This document shows positions 26,101 to 33,560 of a DNA stretch of 64,000 nt, piece by piece. This stretch comes from an uncultured bacterium. Lineage in GTDB: Bacteria; Patescibacteriota; Minisyncoccia; Phycocordibacterales; Phycocordibacteraceae. A program made the translations under genes and the position numbers. The notes below the pieces were generated by a model. The model was not told where the DNA came from. It did not search any database and worked only from the letters and a program-made list of their open reading frames with translations. Every line of letters starts with the position of its first letter. Positions within the stretch are counted from its first letter, which is position 1. The stretch is from the NCBI GenBank assembly GCA_963759775.1, contig CAVXAH010000001.1:464682-528681 (forward strand), given 5' to 3'.

Positions 26101-26878
26101 TTACACCGGCACATCATCGTCACTTGGGTTTATCGCTCAGGAGGTAGAGCAGTTATTTCCGGGACTCGATCTTGTGGTAACCGACCAAGATGGGTATAGG
26201 CACTTGGATTACGGAAAACTCGTTGCTGTTACGGTTGCAGGTATTCAAGAGCTCGGAGCCATAACCCTTGGAAGCTCGACACATGCGCTTTCTCTCGCGA
26301 CCTCAACTTTCCCCGACGGTCTTGTTCCTGCGCTCGCATCGCTTGCTGACGCGGAAGCGGCAAGGACGGATCATGCGGGCAACAAAACATTTTTCGGACG
26401 GTTTCTTGATCGTCTCACACAGTGGTTTGCGGACGCTACAAATGGCATAGCGAAGTTCTTTGCAGAAGAAGTGCGTACGAAAAAACTCTGCATCGGAGAG
26501 ACGTGTCTTACGGAAGAAGAGCTCAAAGCGTTGATGGTTGGGCGTGCCACCTCCGCTCCAAACGAAACGGGAAGTCAAAACAGCCAATCGTCCACACAAG
26601 AAGAAGTGTCTGAAATAGGAGAAGAAGAGGAGGAGACAAATCCTTCTCAAGAGGGCAATACGCCTCACGAAGTGGACGTGGAAGGCAACTCGGTTCCTCC
26701 AGTTGAGTCAGAAACGGGAGAGACGGACGCTACGGTTTCGGAGGAATTACCAACAGAGTCAGCTCCGCTCCACAGTGAGGAAACAGCTCCTGCTGATGAG
26801 TCCTCAGTCGAGGTTCCAGACGAGCCGTCTACTGAGACATCGGAGCCTCCTGGGGAATTCGAAGCGCCACAACTATAA
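20120..26878 (+). CDS. Giant (2252 aa) secreted or membrane-anchored tail-fibre-like protein with a C-terminal endosialidase-type intramolecular chaperone (peptidase S74) domain and an acidic tail
   Basis: N-terminal anchor HYIATVTLLGIFVGTFLFATPVFA. Fibre-like segments (LTIGAGAITSGKIFDGAIVDADVN; GIGTTTPSASVDIV; NVGIGTSSPASVLHVQG). S74 block SDARLKENVSPI...LNPVTFTW...LGFIAQEVEQLFPGL...LDYGKLVAVTVAGIQEL (about 25997-26260). The last ~110 aa are Glu/Ser/Pro-rich. Confidence 0.85.
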   Translation: MSSNQILSHYIATVTLLGIFVGTFLFATPVFAVVYQPGETLNPACAPTDSNCYVLPPLTATTTGAYVIGDPVSGAALAVSTTSSQYLLWVGTSSPVFTVMATTSTAHTGLSLSSFTPSAIANTLYNIAGTLYWNGSALGLAGGGLETLNGISTTSQTLAVGSSGTDFGIVSSVSTHTFNIPTSSATARGLLSSADWATFNTKVSTTRQVLSGTGLAGGGDLSADRTLTLDINSLASDGTTNSADQLALYDADTGTVRKMARSTFLAPVTGALTYQGQWNANTNTPTLSDGTGAQGRYYVVSVAGTQNLGSGNIVFNIGDWLVHNGTVWEKLNNSVSVSSVFGRTGGVIASNGDYTATQITNTAAGTISATTVQAALNELDTEKLATALANGSLWIGNGSGAAVAVALSGDATVTNAGVLTIGAGAITSGKIFDGAIVDADVNTSAAIALSKLASGSSIVTSLATPSGSNASGGAIASNVLTLSLADGTNPGLVSTGTQTIAGAKTFSSAPTLSSMTAGSLLFAGTGGLISQNNANLFWDNTNARLGIGTTTPSASVDIVAAGSANALTISGAIALKRGANFSTIGTSNDIDFGNTSLIRLTGGAAQTVTGIANGSDGKLLTIMNAGGNAATISNAHTGSVAANRILTGTGADLTLNADASILLAYDSGTSVWRVIGGSGGGGSSNTIQTLTATGSVSGWTSTVKVDATTASFTATLPTASGNSGKSVEVVKTDNTTNAVLVAPFAGQTIGASSTGIYLYSQGDSVVLRSDGTNIQLVADNRSSVGQSKSYMKVTRSTSAQSVTVGNDILFNNTEASFGSDISYNSGTGVFTLKAGKTYRMEGVLRKDGANGSGYINYGWRNQTTSTDIGTAAEASSPSYGTDYGDQEQASVVITPSVDTNISLRVFGANNGLVLTGGSYAYVEVISTPQNVINTVDTYQQALTANVNANSTAYVNTGLSVSLIAGKTYEIAAVLSGYVNTGNNADDYMYARLFNVTSGAEIPQTETIVTSGRSETGGFKPGSGSGTIIKQYTPSVNTTIRVEVRMTATSGVSTAELYGGTAGRSYLTVKQLGSTASTGLALNNILGAMAAGSLDNANYVQVWNWSTATTTATTTGLFSLSGNSLVSGNLLHLNTASASSTALALKVNGATAFQYGSDFATTTAYAHNVDFGNTSSVRVNAASAAFQGITGITGGDDGRIITLVNASSTAAFTLFNATTSSAVANRIITGTGADLTIAADASVLLSYDPTAARWRVIGGSGGGSSQTTFATQSSSQTLPASTFGTTQKLNAASGNLTITLPTAVGQSGKFIEFVKTDNSANSARLVGTGSEQIASTTSLFLYSQNDAVTVRSDGANWQVVSDNRGSVGQSKSYLRGRPGASPQTVSAVGDLTLTQTNAFGSDISVSSNQITLTTGKTYRLTANIFADFAASTDGMTVEWVDSTNTTLPNSTASLNRPLTNGNNQGQTQFAESIITPTSDTVVKLRAVSVNGTASIYNNLSDFYVEVISTPQNVINTVEYVSARGDNDTWSSGAAISLATLTGNIPNTNGVFTLTAGKTYHLRGSIRFAHTAQAIQYQWRDIGSSSLIGTGAYQFADDQTDHQYSPQPIAEAIFTPTTNTTVRLENKMGLGLTIVSSESWATITQVGSTGSTGVTLNSLLGAIAAGTLDSANFVQTWNWSTLTTGNGMTMAANALTTGSILSITSSNASLNSTNGLLYVANTDGSTNGTVARIQSNSTAGSGLTVLANGNVGIGTSSPASVLHVQGTGIFGYSGADVFSAALTLRKDRAGAIVQNGDELGYMTFNGYDGAAYQRAALILAIADGTPGANDMPGRLSFYTTPDGSATSLERMRINNAGYIGIGTTSPRSRLEVYDSVESSGWAGRGIFGGITAAVVAGQSNSIATIGGHNAALSSWGSLAINPGGGNVSIRTTTMSHALRVAGIVCLDIDADGVCNDNTSALSDARLKENVSPIGGIAGLDLINKLNPVTFTWTGENYTGTSSSLGFIAQEVEQLFPGLDLVVTDQDGYRHLDYGKLVAVTVAGIQELGAITLGSSTHALSLATSTFPDGLVPALASLADAEAARTDHAGNKTFFGRFLDRLTQWFADATNGIAKFFAEEVRTKKLCIGETCLTEEELKALMVGRATSAPNETGSQNSQSSTQEEVSEIGEEEEETNPSQEGNTPHEVDVEGNSVPPVESETGETDATVSEELPTESAPLHSEETAPADESSVEVPDEPSTETSEPPGEFEAPQL
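21820..25290 (+). repeat. Two tandem ~1.74-kb repeat units inside the giant gene (approximate bounds)
   Basis: Paired landmarks are offset by about 1735-1742 nt: DFGNTS (21890 / 23625), RVIGGSGGG (22140 / 23881), YVEVISTPQNVINTV (22883 / 24625) and LGA(M/I)AAG(S/T)LD(N/S)AN(Y/F)VQ(V/T)WNWST (about 23370 / 25090). There are nucleotide-level near-identical patches such as tccactccgcagaatgtgat(t/c)aatacggtgga. Confidence 0.85.
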
Positions 26879-26881
26879 ATC

Positions 26882-27568
26882 ATGACTACCTTGATCCGTC
26901 GACGGTTTTTCATCATTGTAGCAGTAGTGGTGGTAAGCGGAGCAGGACTTTCTGGCTACCGTCTCGTTCAGGGATTCTGGCCGTGGTCGTCTGCTGAAGT
27001 TCGGGCGGCAGCGGAGCTTTCTTCAGCTGTTCGTGCTGTTGGCAAACACTTGATCATGCCTCCAGGAACGCCGGTACTCGCGACCGTACAGGACGCCGAA
27101 GTTCTGAAGGGTGAGCAATCCTTTTTTGCTCATGCCGAAAACGGCGACCAGCTTCTCATCTTTTCCGAAAGTAGACAGGCGGTTTTGTATTCTCCTTCGC
27201 GCGACATCATTGTGAACATTGGGCCGATTGAGTATGGAGGGGAGCGTTCAGGCAAAGAGGCGGTATCAGGGTCTTTTGCTCCCGTGACGGTTGATTTGAG
27301 GAATGGGAGTGGTGTCTCTGGTCGCGCATCGTCCGTAGCACAAGTATTGAGCGCTACTTCTGAGTACTTGATTACGCAGGTGACGGACGCACAAGCATCC
27401 GACTACACCACGACGTTAGTTGTTGATAATGCACACCAAGAAAAAAGTCGCAAAGCGGCGCACTCACTCGCTGACAAGCTCAAAGCTTCAGTCGTTGCAT
27501 CGCTTCCTGATGGAGAACTCTCGTCAAACGAAGACATCATCATCATTCTGGGGGCGCAAGCACCATGA
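26882..27568 (+). CDS. Membrane-anchored LytR_C (cell-envelope-related) domain protein
   Basis: N-terminal TM FFIIVAVVVVSGAGL. C-terminal VTVDLRNGSGVSGRASSVAQVLS...TTTLVVDN...AAHSLADKL is the LytR_C pattern. It starts 3 nt after the giant-gene stop. Confidence 0.7.
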   Translation: MTTLIRRRFFIIVAVVVVSGAGLSGYRLVQGFWPWSSAEVRAAAELSSAVRAVGKHLIMPPGTPVLATVQDAEVLKGEQSFFAHAENGDQLLIFSESRQAVLYSPSRDIIVNIGPIEYGGERSGKEAVSGSFAPVTVDLRNGSGVSGRASSVAQVLSATSEYLITQVTDAQASDYTTTLVVDNAHQEKSRKAAHSLADKLKASVVASLPDGELSSNEDIIIILGAQAP

Positions 27569-27574
27569 GTTTAC

Positions 27575-28645
27575 ATGAAGCACGTCACTATCATTTTTTT
27601 CTTTGGAGTGATGCTCACAGCTCCACTTCAGGTCCTTGCCTCTGAGACAAACGGAACCATTAATGCCACCAATAAGTATGCGTGGAGCAATCAGGCGGGG
27701 TGGGTGAATTTTGGCGCGACGAATGGCGGGATTGCTATCACCGACTCCGGCATTACGGGCTATGCGTGGAACGCCAACTATGGCTGGATTAACATGGCGC
27801 CCACAAACGGCGGGGTTACCGTCGCCGCAAGTGGTACGCTTTCGGGCTACGCGTGGGGTGCGGGATTAGGGTGGGTCAACTTTTCCGGCGTCTCCATAAA
27901 CTCATCAGGAAGATTTATAGGGCAAGCGAGCGGAGTGATTATCGGTACCCTTACTTTCGACTGCATCAACTGCAATGTGACGACGGATTATCGTCCCATT
28001 GATTTTCGTTCAATCTCAAGCTCCGGTTCCGGCTCAAGTTCTAGCGGATCTGCAGGGAGTAGTTCAGGAGAGGGAGGCAGTAGCACAGTACCGGGCACAG
28101 GACGCTCCGATAATGTCGATGGCGATAGCGATCCTTCTTCACCACGAAGTGGCGCAGTAACAGATACTCAATTTGGATTTTTGCCCGCACAGCTTCTCGA
28201 TATCCGCCTTATTCTTGATGATGCAAAAGTCGCACGCGCGATAGACGTTGTTGCTCGTGTCATTTTTGAAAGCTTTGGTCGCGTACCTACAAAGGTTGAG
28301 CTCACGTTTGTTATTCAAAACGTAGATGGGGAAACGGTCTGGAGCGGGAAAGATGAGCTCGTTGTTGAAACGGAGGAGATATTCGTCAAACGTTTCTCCG
28401 ACATAGGATTTCTTCCGCCTGGGGAGTATCGGTTGACGCTTCGTACGCTTTATAACGAGACGGTTGAGGACGAATTTGGCGCGCCTTTTGTGATAGCGCC
28501 CATTGAAACACTCTCTTCACATTGGATTTGGTATGTCATTGGCGCACTCGCTCTCCTTCTTGCGCTCCTGCTTCTAATTGTGTGGATCCGGCGGAGGAAA
28601 GAAAAGGAGAATACGCTTCGCGGGCTCAAAACGCCCTATCCATGA
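27575..28645 (+). CDS. Secreted GW-repeat protein with an Ig-like region and a C-terminal TM anchor
   Basis: Signal peptide. Three ~27-aa repeats G(Y)AWxxxxGW(V/I)N(F/M)xxxNGG. Ser/Gly linker. C-terminal WIWYVIGALALLLALLLLIVWIRRRK. Confidence 0.65.
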   Translation: MKHVTIIFFFGVMLTAPLQVLASETNGTINATNKYAWSNQAGWVNFGATNGGIAITDSGITGYAWNANYGWINMAPTNGGVTVAASGTLSGYAWGAGLGWVNFSGVSINSSGRFIGQASGVIIGTLTFDCINCNVTTDYRPIDFRSISSSGSGSSSSGSAGSSSGEGGSSTVPGTGRSDNVDGDSDPSSPRSGAVTDTQFGFLPAQLLDIRLILDDAKVARAIDVVARVIFESFGRVPTKVELTFVIQNVDGETVWSGKDELVVETEEIFVKRFSDIGFLPPGEYRLTLRTLYNETVEDEFGAPFVIAPIETLSSHWIWYVIGALALLLALLLLIVWIRRRKEKENTLRGLKTPYP

Positions 28646-29700
28646 CGTACCATTTCCATATTCTCCTTATTGTGTGCGTCGTGATCCTCTGTTCGTGCGG
28701 ATTCATGGTCACTATTGTTTCGCTCCAGTATCATGAGCGTCAAGAGCTGCGGGCACTCATTGATTCCTCGGTAGTAGAAGATCGCTTAAGCGGGATTTTT
28801 TCCACGCTCAACGATTTCCCCGGAAGCGCAAGCAAAGACATGCTCTTTCTGCGCTCCCTTTCAAGTATTTCCGAACTTTTTGATACAAATGCATTTTCAA
28901 GAGGAGCCTGGCGTGCCGCACACGAGGACATTCAGCAGTTCATTGACCGAAATAGCGCGTATGCAGGCATCGCCGTATACCTTGATACGCTAGGGTGTGT
29001 CGTTCTTATAGGCAAAGTGCGAGACGATGCGGGAAATGTATCGTGCAATCCGCCAGAAGGTATTTTGAATGACATGTTTGATGTTCTCCCGACGCTCCCC
29101 GCAGGCACGGTACATGTTTTTCCACTTACGACATTCTCGCATTCAACCAAGCTTACGACTTCTCCGATTCCGGCACTTCTCTATGGAACAGCGCTCTCGG
29201 CTCCGGGAAGTGCGAAAGGGGGGGTGGTTGGTGTTGTTGACGCGAATTATTTTCTTGAAGAGATTCGTCGTCTGAAACGGGAAGGGGAGACGGTCTACCT
29301 CCTTAATGCGGACGGTTCTTACCTCGCGCATCCGGATAGTCATAAAGAGAAGCTGTCCGGAGGTACCGCGAATTTCTATCAAGATTACCCCAGTATTCCC
29401 TCGGGAGTTCTTATGGATACGGAGCATCGCCACCTTGAAACAGACGACGCCGCGTTCACCTTTCTTCGGATTACTCCGGCTATCAGTAATTTTGTTCTCT
29501 ACAACCCAGGGGACATAACTCAAGAAGGAAAGGGTAATCACTACTGGGTGCTCGCCGCCGTCTCAGAGAAGTATCTGGCGTCGAACTGGTTTGTCGAGAG
29601 TTCCTACGCAATTTCCATCATCGTGCTTTTGGTGGTGCATGCCACCTTGCTTGCATGCGCTTATCTCATTCTCGCGCCGACAAGAAAATTTGCGCCATGA
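28642..29700 (+). CDS. Bitopic membrane protein with a Cache-like extracytoplasmic domain and no output domain
   Basis: ATGA overlap at 28642. TM helices at both ends (ILLIVCVVILCSCGFMVTIV; ISIIVLLVVHATLLACAYLIL). The central region (VVGVVDANYFLEEI...VYLLNADGSYLAHPD...AFTFLRI) resembles sensor Cache folds. Confidence 0.5.
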   Translation: MTYHFHILLIVCVVILCSCGFMVTIVSLQYHERQELRALIDSSVVEDRLSGIFSTLNDFPGSASKDMLFLRSLSSISELFDTNAFSRGAWRAAHEDIQQFIDRNSAYAGIAVYLDTLGCVVLIGKVRDDAGNVSCNPPEGILNDMFDVLPTLPAGTVHVFPLTTFSHSTKLTTSPIPALLYGTALSAPGSAKGGVVGVVDANYFLEEIRRLKREGETVYLLNADGSYLAHPDSHKEKLSGGTANFYQDYPSIPSGVLMDTEHRHLETDDAAFTFLRITPAISNFVLYNPGDITQEGKGNHYWVLAAVSEKYLASNWFVESSYAISIIVLLVVHATLLACAYLILAPTRKFAP

Positions 29701-30116
29701 TCACGCAATCTTCTCAATCTGGCGACGGACCTTTTCTTTTCGCGAGTATTGTGTTTGTTTTCTCAACGCTCTGTGAACTCCTTGCGACGCTTCTCTTTAT
29801 GCGGGTGCTCTCTGAGGATTTCCTTGCGCTCGTCAGTTTCACCGAACTTGCAAACGCGTTTATTTCTGCGGTCTCAGCGACAGGGGCCGTCGTTGTTTTT
29901 CGGTGGGTGGCGGGGACGCCCGGGCGACGTGAGCTTCTGCTCGGCTTTCTTTTCGCTTTAGTCGCGACCGTGCTGGCATCAATAATCCACGCGTACCTGG
30001 CCGTTTTTCCAAGCACGAATGCTGTTCTTTTGTACGTCATCGTCGCGGTGCAAAGCATCGTGTTTACCATGTTTGTGACGACTGGTCTCATGCATCGCAT
30101 CACTACACCCATATGA
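29697..30116 (+). CDS. Small polytopic membrane protein (about 4 TM), unknown function
   Basis: ATGA overlap with the upstream gene. Four hydrophobic helices. Confidence 0.55.
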   Translation: MITQSSQSGDGPFLFASIVFVFSTLCELLATLLFMRVLSEDFLALVSFTELANAFISAVSATGAVVVFRWVAGTPGRRELLLGFLFALVATVLASIIHAYLAVFPSTNAVLLYVIVAVQSIVFTMFVTTGLMHRITTPI

Positions 30117-30376
30117 TATTCGTCGCTTTAGCAATTTTATTTTTCTTTGCAGCACTCATCAGTCTATGGTTTGTAAGCTTTGCGATTCGTCGTACTGGTC
30201 AGATGCGTCCTTTTTTGCCACTTGTAGCGCTTCAGGCCGGTATCGCAAGTGTCGCTGCACTTTTTTACTACGAACTACTCTTTACGGTCTGGCAGACGTA
30301 TCTTTCGTTTCTTGTCTTGATTGCGTACTGCTGGTTTCTCGTTGACCTCCTTCGCAAGCACCCAACCCCGCTATGA
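30113..30376 (+). CDS. Small membrane protein (3 TM), unknown function
   Basis: ATGA overlap. MIFVALAILFFFAALISLWFVSF... Confidence 0.55.
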   Translation: MIFVALAILFFFAALISLWFVSFAIRRTGQMRPFLPLVALQAGIASVAALFYYELLFTVWQTYLSFLVLIAYCWFLVDLLRKHPTPL

Positions 30377-30837
30377 GCAATCCCTACCCATTTATTCTTG
30401 CCAGTGAATTTATCGAGCACGCTTTCATAATTGTACTGGCGGGTATTGTGCTTGTTGAGTTTTTCACGCGACCGAAGACGCGCGGTACGCTCGCGATTCT
30501 CGTTCTTGTATTCCTCATGGCAGCGTGGCTTCTCAGTGAATTTTTTGCGCATCTAGATGAGACTCACTACCACTTCATGGTGCACTGGCCCGTACTCCTT
30601 TTTTCCCTAGGCATTCTGGTGTTTCTCTCCAATTTCTATGCGCACATTCTTCCGCGAACACTCTTTTTCAGTCTCATACTTATACTCATTACCCATCTTG
30701 CAATTGATATGCTCGCCCTCATCACCCATGTTGAGTGGCTTGATGTTGTGCGTGTGGTAACAAAGCTTACCGAAGCGTTTTTGCTGTATTTCTTCGTACT
30801 GTCACTCATCATTAGAATCGAACATGACGCTCGCTAA
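30373..30837 (+). CDS. Small polytopic membrane protein (about 5 TM), unknown function
   Basis: ATGA overlap. His-rich loops (FFAHLDETHYHFMVHW). Confidence 0.55.
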   Translation: MSNPYPFILASEFIEHAFIIVLAGIVLVEFFTRPKTRGTLAILVLVFLMAAWLLSEFFAHLDETHYHFMVHWPVLLFSLGILVFLSNFYAHILPRTLFFSLILILITHLAIDMLALITHVEWLDVVRVVTKLTEAFLLYFFVLSLIIRIEHDAR

Positions 30838-31333
30838 CACTTATCGCGCGATTTACTTTTTTCTCACTCTCGTATTCTTCTGCGCATACCCGGCGCCCGC
30901 GGCGGCGCTCAATGTGTCCGTGCGCATAGGTGACCAATATACTGAGGTCGCTGCGGGTGACCGACTCTATTTTCACGTTGAAATAAAGTACCCGGAAAAT
31001 TTTGGTCGCCGTGATTTGCGAATAGAGTACCAAATTCTTGAGGATGGAGATGTGATCGCGCGTCAGAAAGTGCTTCGTGCGGTAGAGACTCAGCTCTCTT
31101 TTCTTGACTATATTGTCATGCCGGAAGGAGCGAAAAGCGGTACTGACGAACTTAAGGTCATTATTGAAGACTACGAAGATCTTCACCAAGAGGCGTCTGC
31201 GACCTTCACGGTCCATAAGGGAATAAATGAAATCCAGATTTATTTTTTCATTTTGCTTGGAGCCATTGCGCTCGTGGGTCTTCTTGTCGCCGTACAAATC
31301 ATCGCCACGAACGGTCGTCGCTCCACTGCATAA
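30824..31333 (+). CDS. Secreted beta-sandwich-like protein with a C-terminal TM anchor
   Basis: Signal peptide ...AYPAPAAA, C-terminal IYFFILLGAIALVGLLVAVQII. Its architecture resembles the C-terminal half of the 27575-28645 product. 14-nt overlap with the upstream gene. Confidence 0.55.
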   Translation: MTLANTYRAIYFFLTLVFFCAYPAPAAALNVSVRIGDQYTEVAAGDRLYFHVEIKYPENFGRRDLRIEYQILEDGDVIARQKVLRAVETQLSFLDYIVMPEGAKSGTDELKVIIEDYEDLHQEASATFTVHKGINEIQIYFFILLGAIALVGLLVAVQIIATNGRRSTA

Positions 31334-31396
31334 CAATCTTACAGAGGATACAACGCATCAGACGGTTGGTTTCAGTGGTATCATTCGGGACACTCT

Positions 31397-31870
31397 ATGA
31401 ACAAACAACACTTGATTTTGCTCGTCATTGGACTCGCCCTCGGCGGATTTCTGATTTTTGTGGCGAGCAAGTCGGAGCCGAAAGAGCGCACCACGAGGGA
31501 AATTGCGCTTACGTGCGATCCTAAAATGGCTGAGGAGTTTCACATCCATCCGGTGCTTGAAATTATTGCAAATGGACAGAAAGTCGTAGTGCCCGCAGAC
31601 ATAGGCGTTACGTCCACCTGTATGACCGCACTTCATACGCACACTGCAGACGGCATTATTCACGTTGAGTCGCCGGAGAAACGCGACTTCACCCTCGCTG
31701 ACTTTTTTGCGGTTTGGAACCAGCCATTAAATAAAAATGAGGTATTAAGCTATAAAGCAGATGCGACGCATCGAATCCGTATCACGGTTGATGGCAAGGA
31801 AGTTGATACGTACGAGAATACGATTCTGAAGGATGGAGAGCATATTGTTATAAGCTACGAGACTCTTTAA
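31397..31870 (+). CDS. Membrane-anchored hypothetical protein (conserved His/Cys motif)
   Basis: N-terminal TM LILLVIGLALGGFLIFV. FHIHPVLEII...CMTALHTHTADGIIHVES...FTLADFFAVWNQ. Confidence 0.55.
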   Translation: MNKQHLILLVIGLALGGFLIFVASKSEPKERTTREIALTCDPKMAEEFHIHPVLEIIANGQKVVVPADIGVTSTCMTALHTHTADGIIHVESPEKRDFTLADFFAVWNQPLNKNEVLSYKADATHRIRITVDGKEVDTYENTILKDGEHIVISYETL

Positions 31871-31922
31871 GCCAAGGGGCACGTAAGAAAACCCCCACCC
31901 ACCCCCACGCGGCCAACTGCTT

Positions 31923-32261
31923 ATGGCAACACAAAGAGAAACCATAGAATTTATTTTAGAAAAACTGCGTGACGGGAAGCGTTTTTCGGCGCGAGCAATG
32001 TTTGGTGAATACGCGCTCTATGCTGACGGCAAAGTAGTGGCTCTCGTGTGTGACAACCAGTTGTATGTGAAAATACTGCCCGCAAGTGAGGAACTGGAGA
32101 AGCTGTGCGAGAAAGATGCTCCATACCCCGGTGCGAAGCCGCACTACATTGTGGACGAAGAACAAATTTCAAACATGGAACGTCTTAGGGATATACTTTT
32201 CGCCATCGCAGAATCCTTGCCTGTAAAGAAAAAGAAGCCCAAGCGTCATACAGGGAGGTGA
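31923..32261 (+). CDS. TfoX N-terminal domain protein
   Basis: RAMFGEYALYADGKVVALVCDNQLYVK is the TfoX_N signature. Confidence 0.7.
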   Translation: MATQRETIEFILEKLRDGKRFSARAMFGEYALYADGKVVALVCDNQLYVKILPASEELEKLCEKDAPYPGAKPHYIVDEEQISNMERLRDILFAIAESLPVKKKKPKRHTGR

Positions 32262-32286
32262 AACAATTTGCTATACTAATCTCCCT

Positions 32287-32628
32287 ATGATCATACTTTT
32301 CATTCTTGGGCTATTGCTCGGAGCTGTTGCGGTTATTTTTGCTCTCCAGAACGTCGCTATAGTGACGGTGACTTTTTTCTATTGGGAACTCACGGGTCCC
32401 TTGGCCGCCATCGTGATGGCGAACATTTTAGCGGGCATCTTCATCACGCTCCTCATCCTCCTTCCGAAAACGGTCAGTAGTTATTTTGCATTCAAAAAGC
32501 TTGAAAAAGAGAATGCTAGACTTGAGGAAGAGCTTCGGAAACAGAAAACACTTACCGTGTTTGCAAAAAATACTCCCCCAACCCCTGAAATTATTGAGGG
32601 AATAGAAAAGGGAGCGAGCTTAGCATAA
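32287..32628 (+). CDS. LapA-domain (DUF1049) small membrane protein
   Basis: Two TM helices (ILGLLLGAVAVIFALQN...LAAIVMANILAGIFITLLIL) and a C-terminal coiled coil. TATACT box 9 nt upstream of the ATG. Confidence 0.65.
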   Translation: MIILFILGLLLGAVAVIFALQNVAIVTVTFFYWELTGPLAAIVMANILAGIFITLLILLPKTVSSYFAFKKLEKENARLEEELRKQKTLTVFAKNTPPTPEIIEGIEKGASLA

Positions 32629-32645
32629 AATTAACATTATCGTTT

Positions 32646-33560
32646 ATGAACAAATCTTACGTCGTTTTGGCGTCGTTGGTCTGGTAGTTCTCGTAGGAGC
32701 AGGTGCGTATTTCCTTATACAGAAGCCTTCCGTGAAGGAGGATGGGACTCCGAATTTGCCAGTCGCGGCAGGCACGAGTCAAACAGGGAACCAGACCGCT
32801 ACAACGACAGAAGACACGAGCAAGACAGTTATTGGTACTTCCCTTGAAGGACGCTCCATAAACGCCTACCACTACGGCACGGGCGACACCGAGCTCTTGT
32901 TTGTCGGAGGTATACACGGCGGATATGAGTGGAACACCGTGCTCGTTGCATATGAGCTGATGGATTATTTGGAAGAACAGAAGAATGTTATTCCAGGAAA
33001 CATAAAAGTGACGGTCATTCCGGTACTCAACCCAGACGGTCTCTACAACGTGGTTGGCACTGACGGACGTTTCGCTACTGCGGATGTGCCAACCTCCCAA
33101 GCGGCGACCGTACCCGGACAGATTTAACGCAAACGAGGTAGACCTCAACCGCAACTTTGACTGCGATTGGAAGTCTACCGGCGTATGGCAAAACAAACAG
33201 GTGAGCGGCGGAAAGGCGGTGTTTTCTGAGCCAGAAAGCCAGGCAGTCAGAAAGTATGTAGAGGACCGTGATATAAGCGCGGTTGTCGTGTGGTATAGCG
33301 CCGCAGGCGGAGTCTTCTCCTCAAGCTGCCACAACGGCGTTCTTCCTGAGACACGCGCAATCACAAAAGCGTACGCGGATGCTTCAGGATATCCCGGACA
33401 CGAATCCTTTGATTTCTACAGCACCACGGGTGACATGGTGAATTGGCTCGCCAAGAAAGAAATTCCTGCTATTAGCGTTCTCCTCACCACGCACGAAAGC
33501 ATTGAGTGGAATAAAAATAAGGCCGGCGTAGACGCACTCCTCAACTACTACAAGAAGTAA
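32646..33560 (+). pseudogene. M14-family zinc carboxypeptidase paralog disrupted by two frameshifts
   Basis: ATG 32646 gives only MNKSYVVLASLVW*. The TM anchor ILRRFGVVGLVVLVGAGAYFLIQKP continues in another frame with no start codon. The second shift is at 33110-33125: ...TVPGQI* in one frame, RFNANEVDLNRNFDCDWK in the next (an extra C in GGA-C-AGA). The product is collinear with the intact downstream paralog. Confidence 0.75.

Noticed and set aside
20512-26916. Numerous 60-225-aa antisense or off-frame ORFs inside the giant gene (for example 21178-21693, 21709-22386, 23909-24265, 24488-24919).
   Set aside because: All are nested within a single uninterrupted 6.8-kb ORF with recognisable domains. 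Their products are low-complexity and Pro/Arg/Ser-rich, as expected from translating the wrong frame of Gly/Ser/Thr/Ala-rich coding sequence.
20120-31333. A diversity-generating retroelement or phase-variation system acting on the fibre gene.
   Set aside because: There is no reverse transcriptase gene. There is no template/variable repeat pair with adenine-specific differences; the internal repeats differ at all bases. No invertible-promoter inverted repeats or recombinase are present in the window.
32657-33364. A 235-aa minus-strand ORF.
   Set aside because: It is antisense to the frameshifted M14 peptidase gene, whose two plus-strand pieces align with the downstream paralog.
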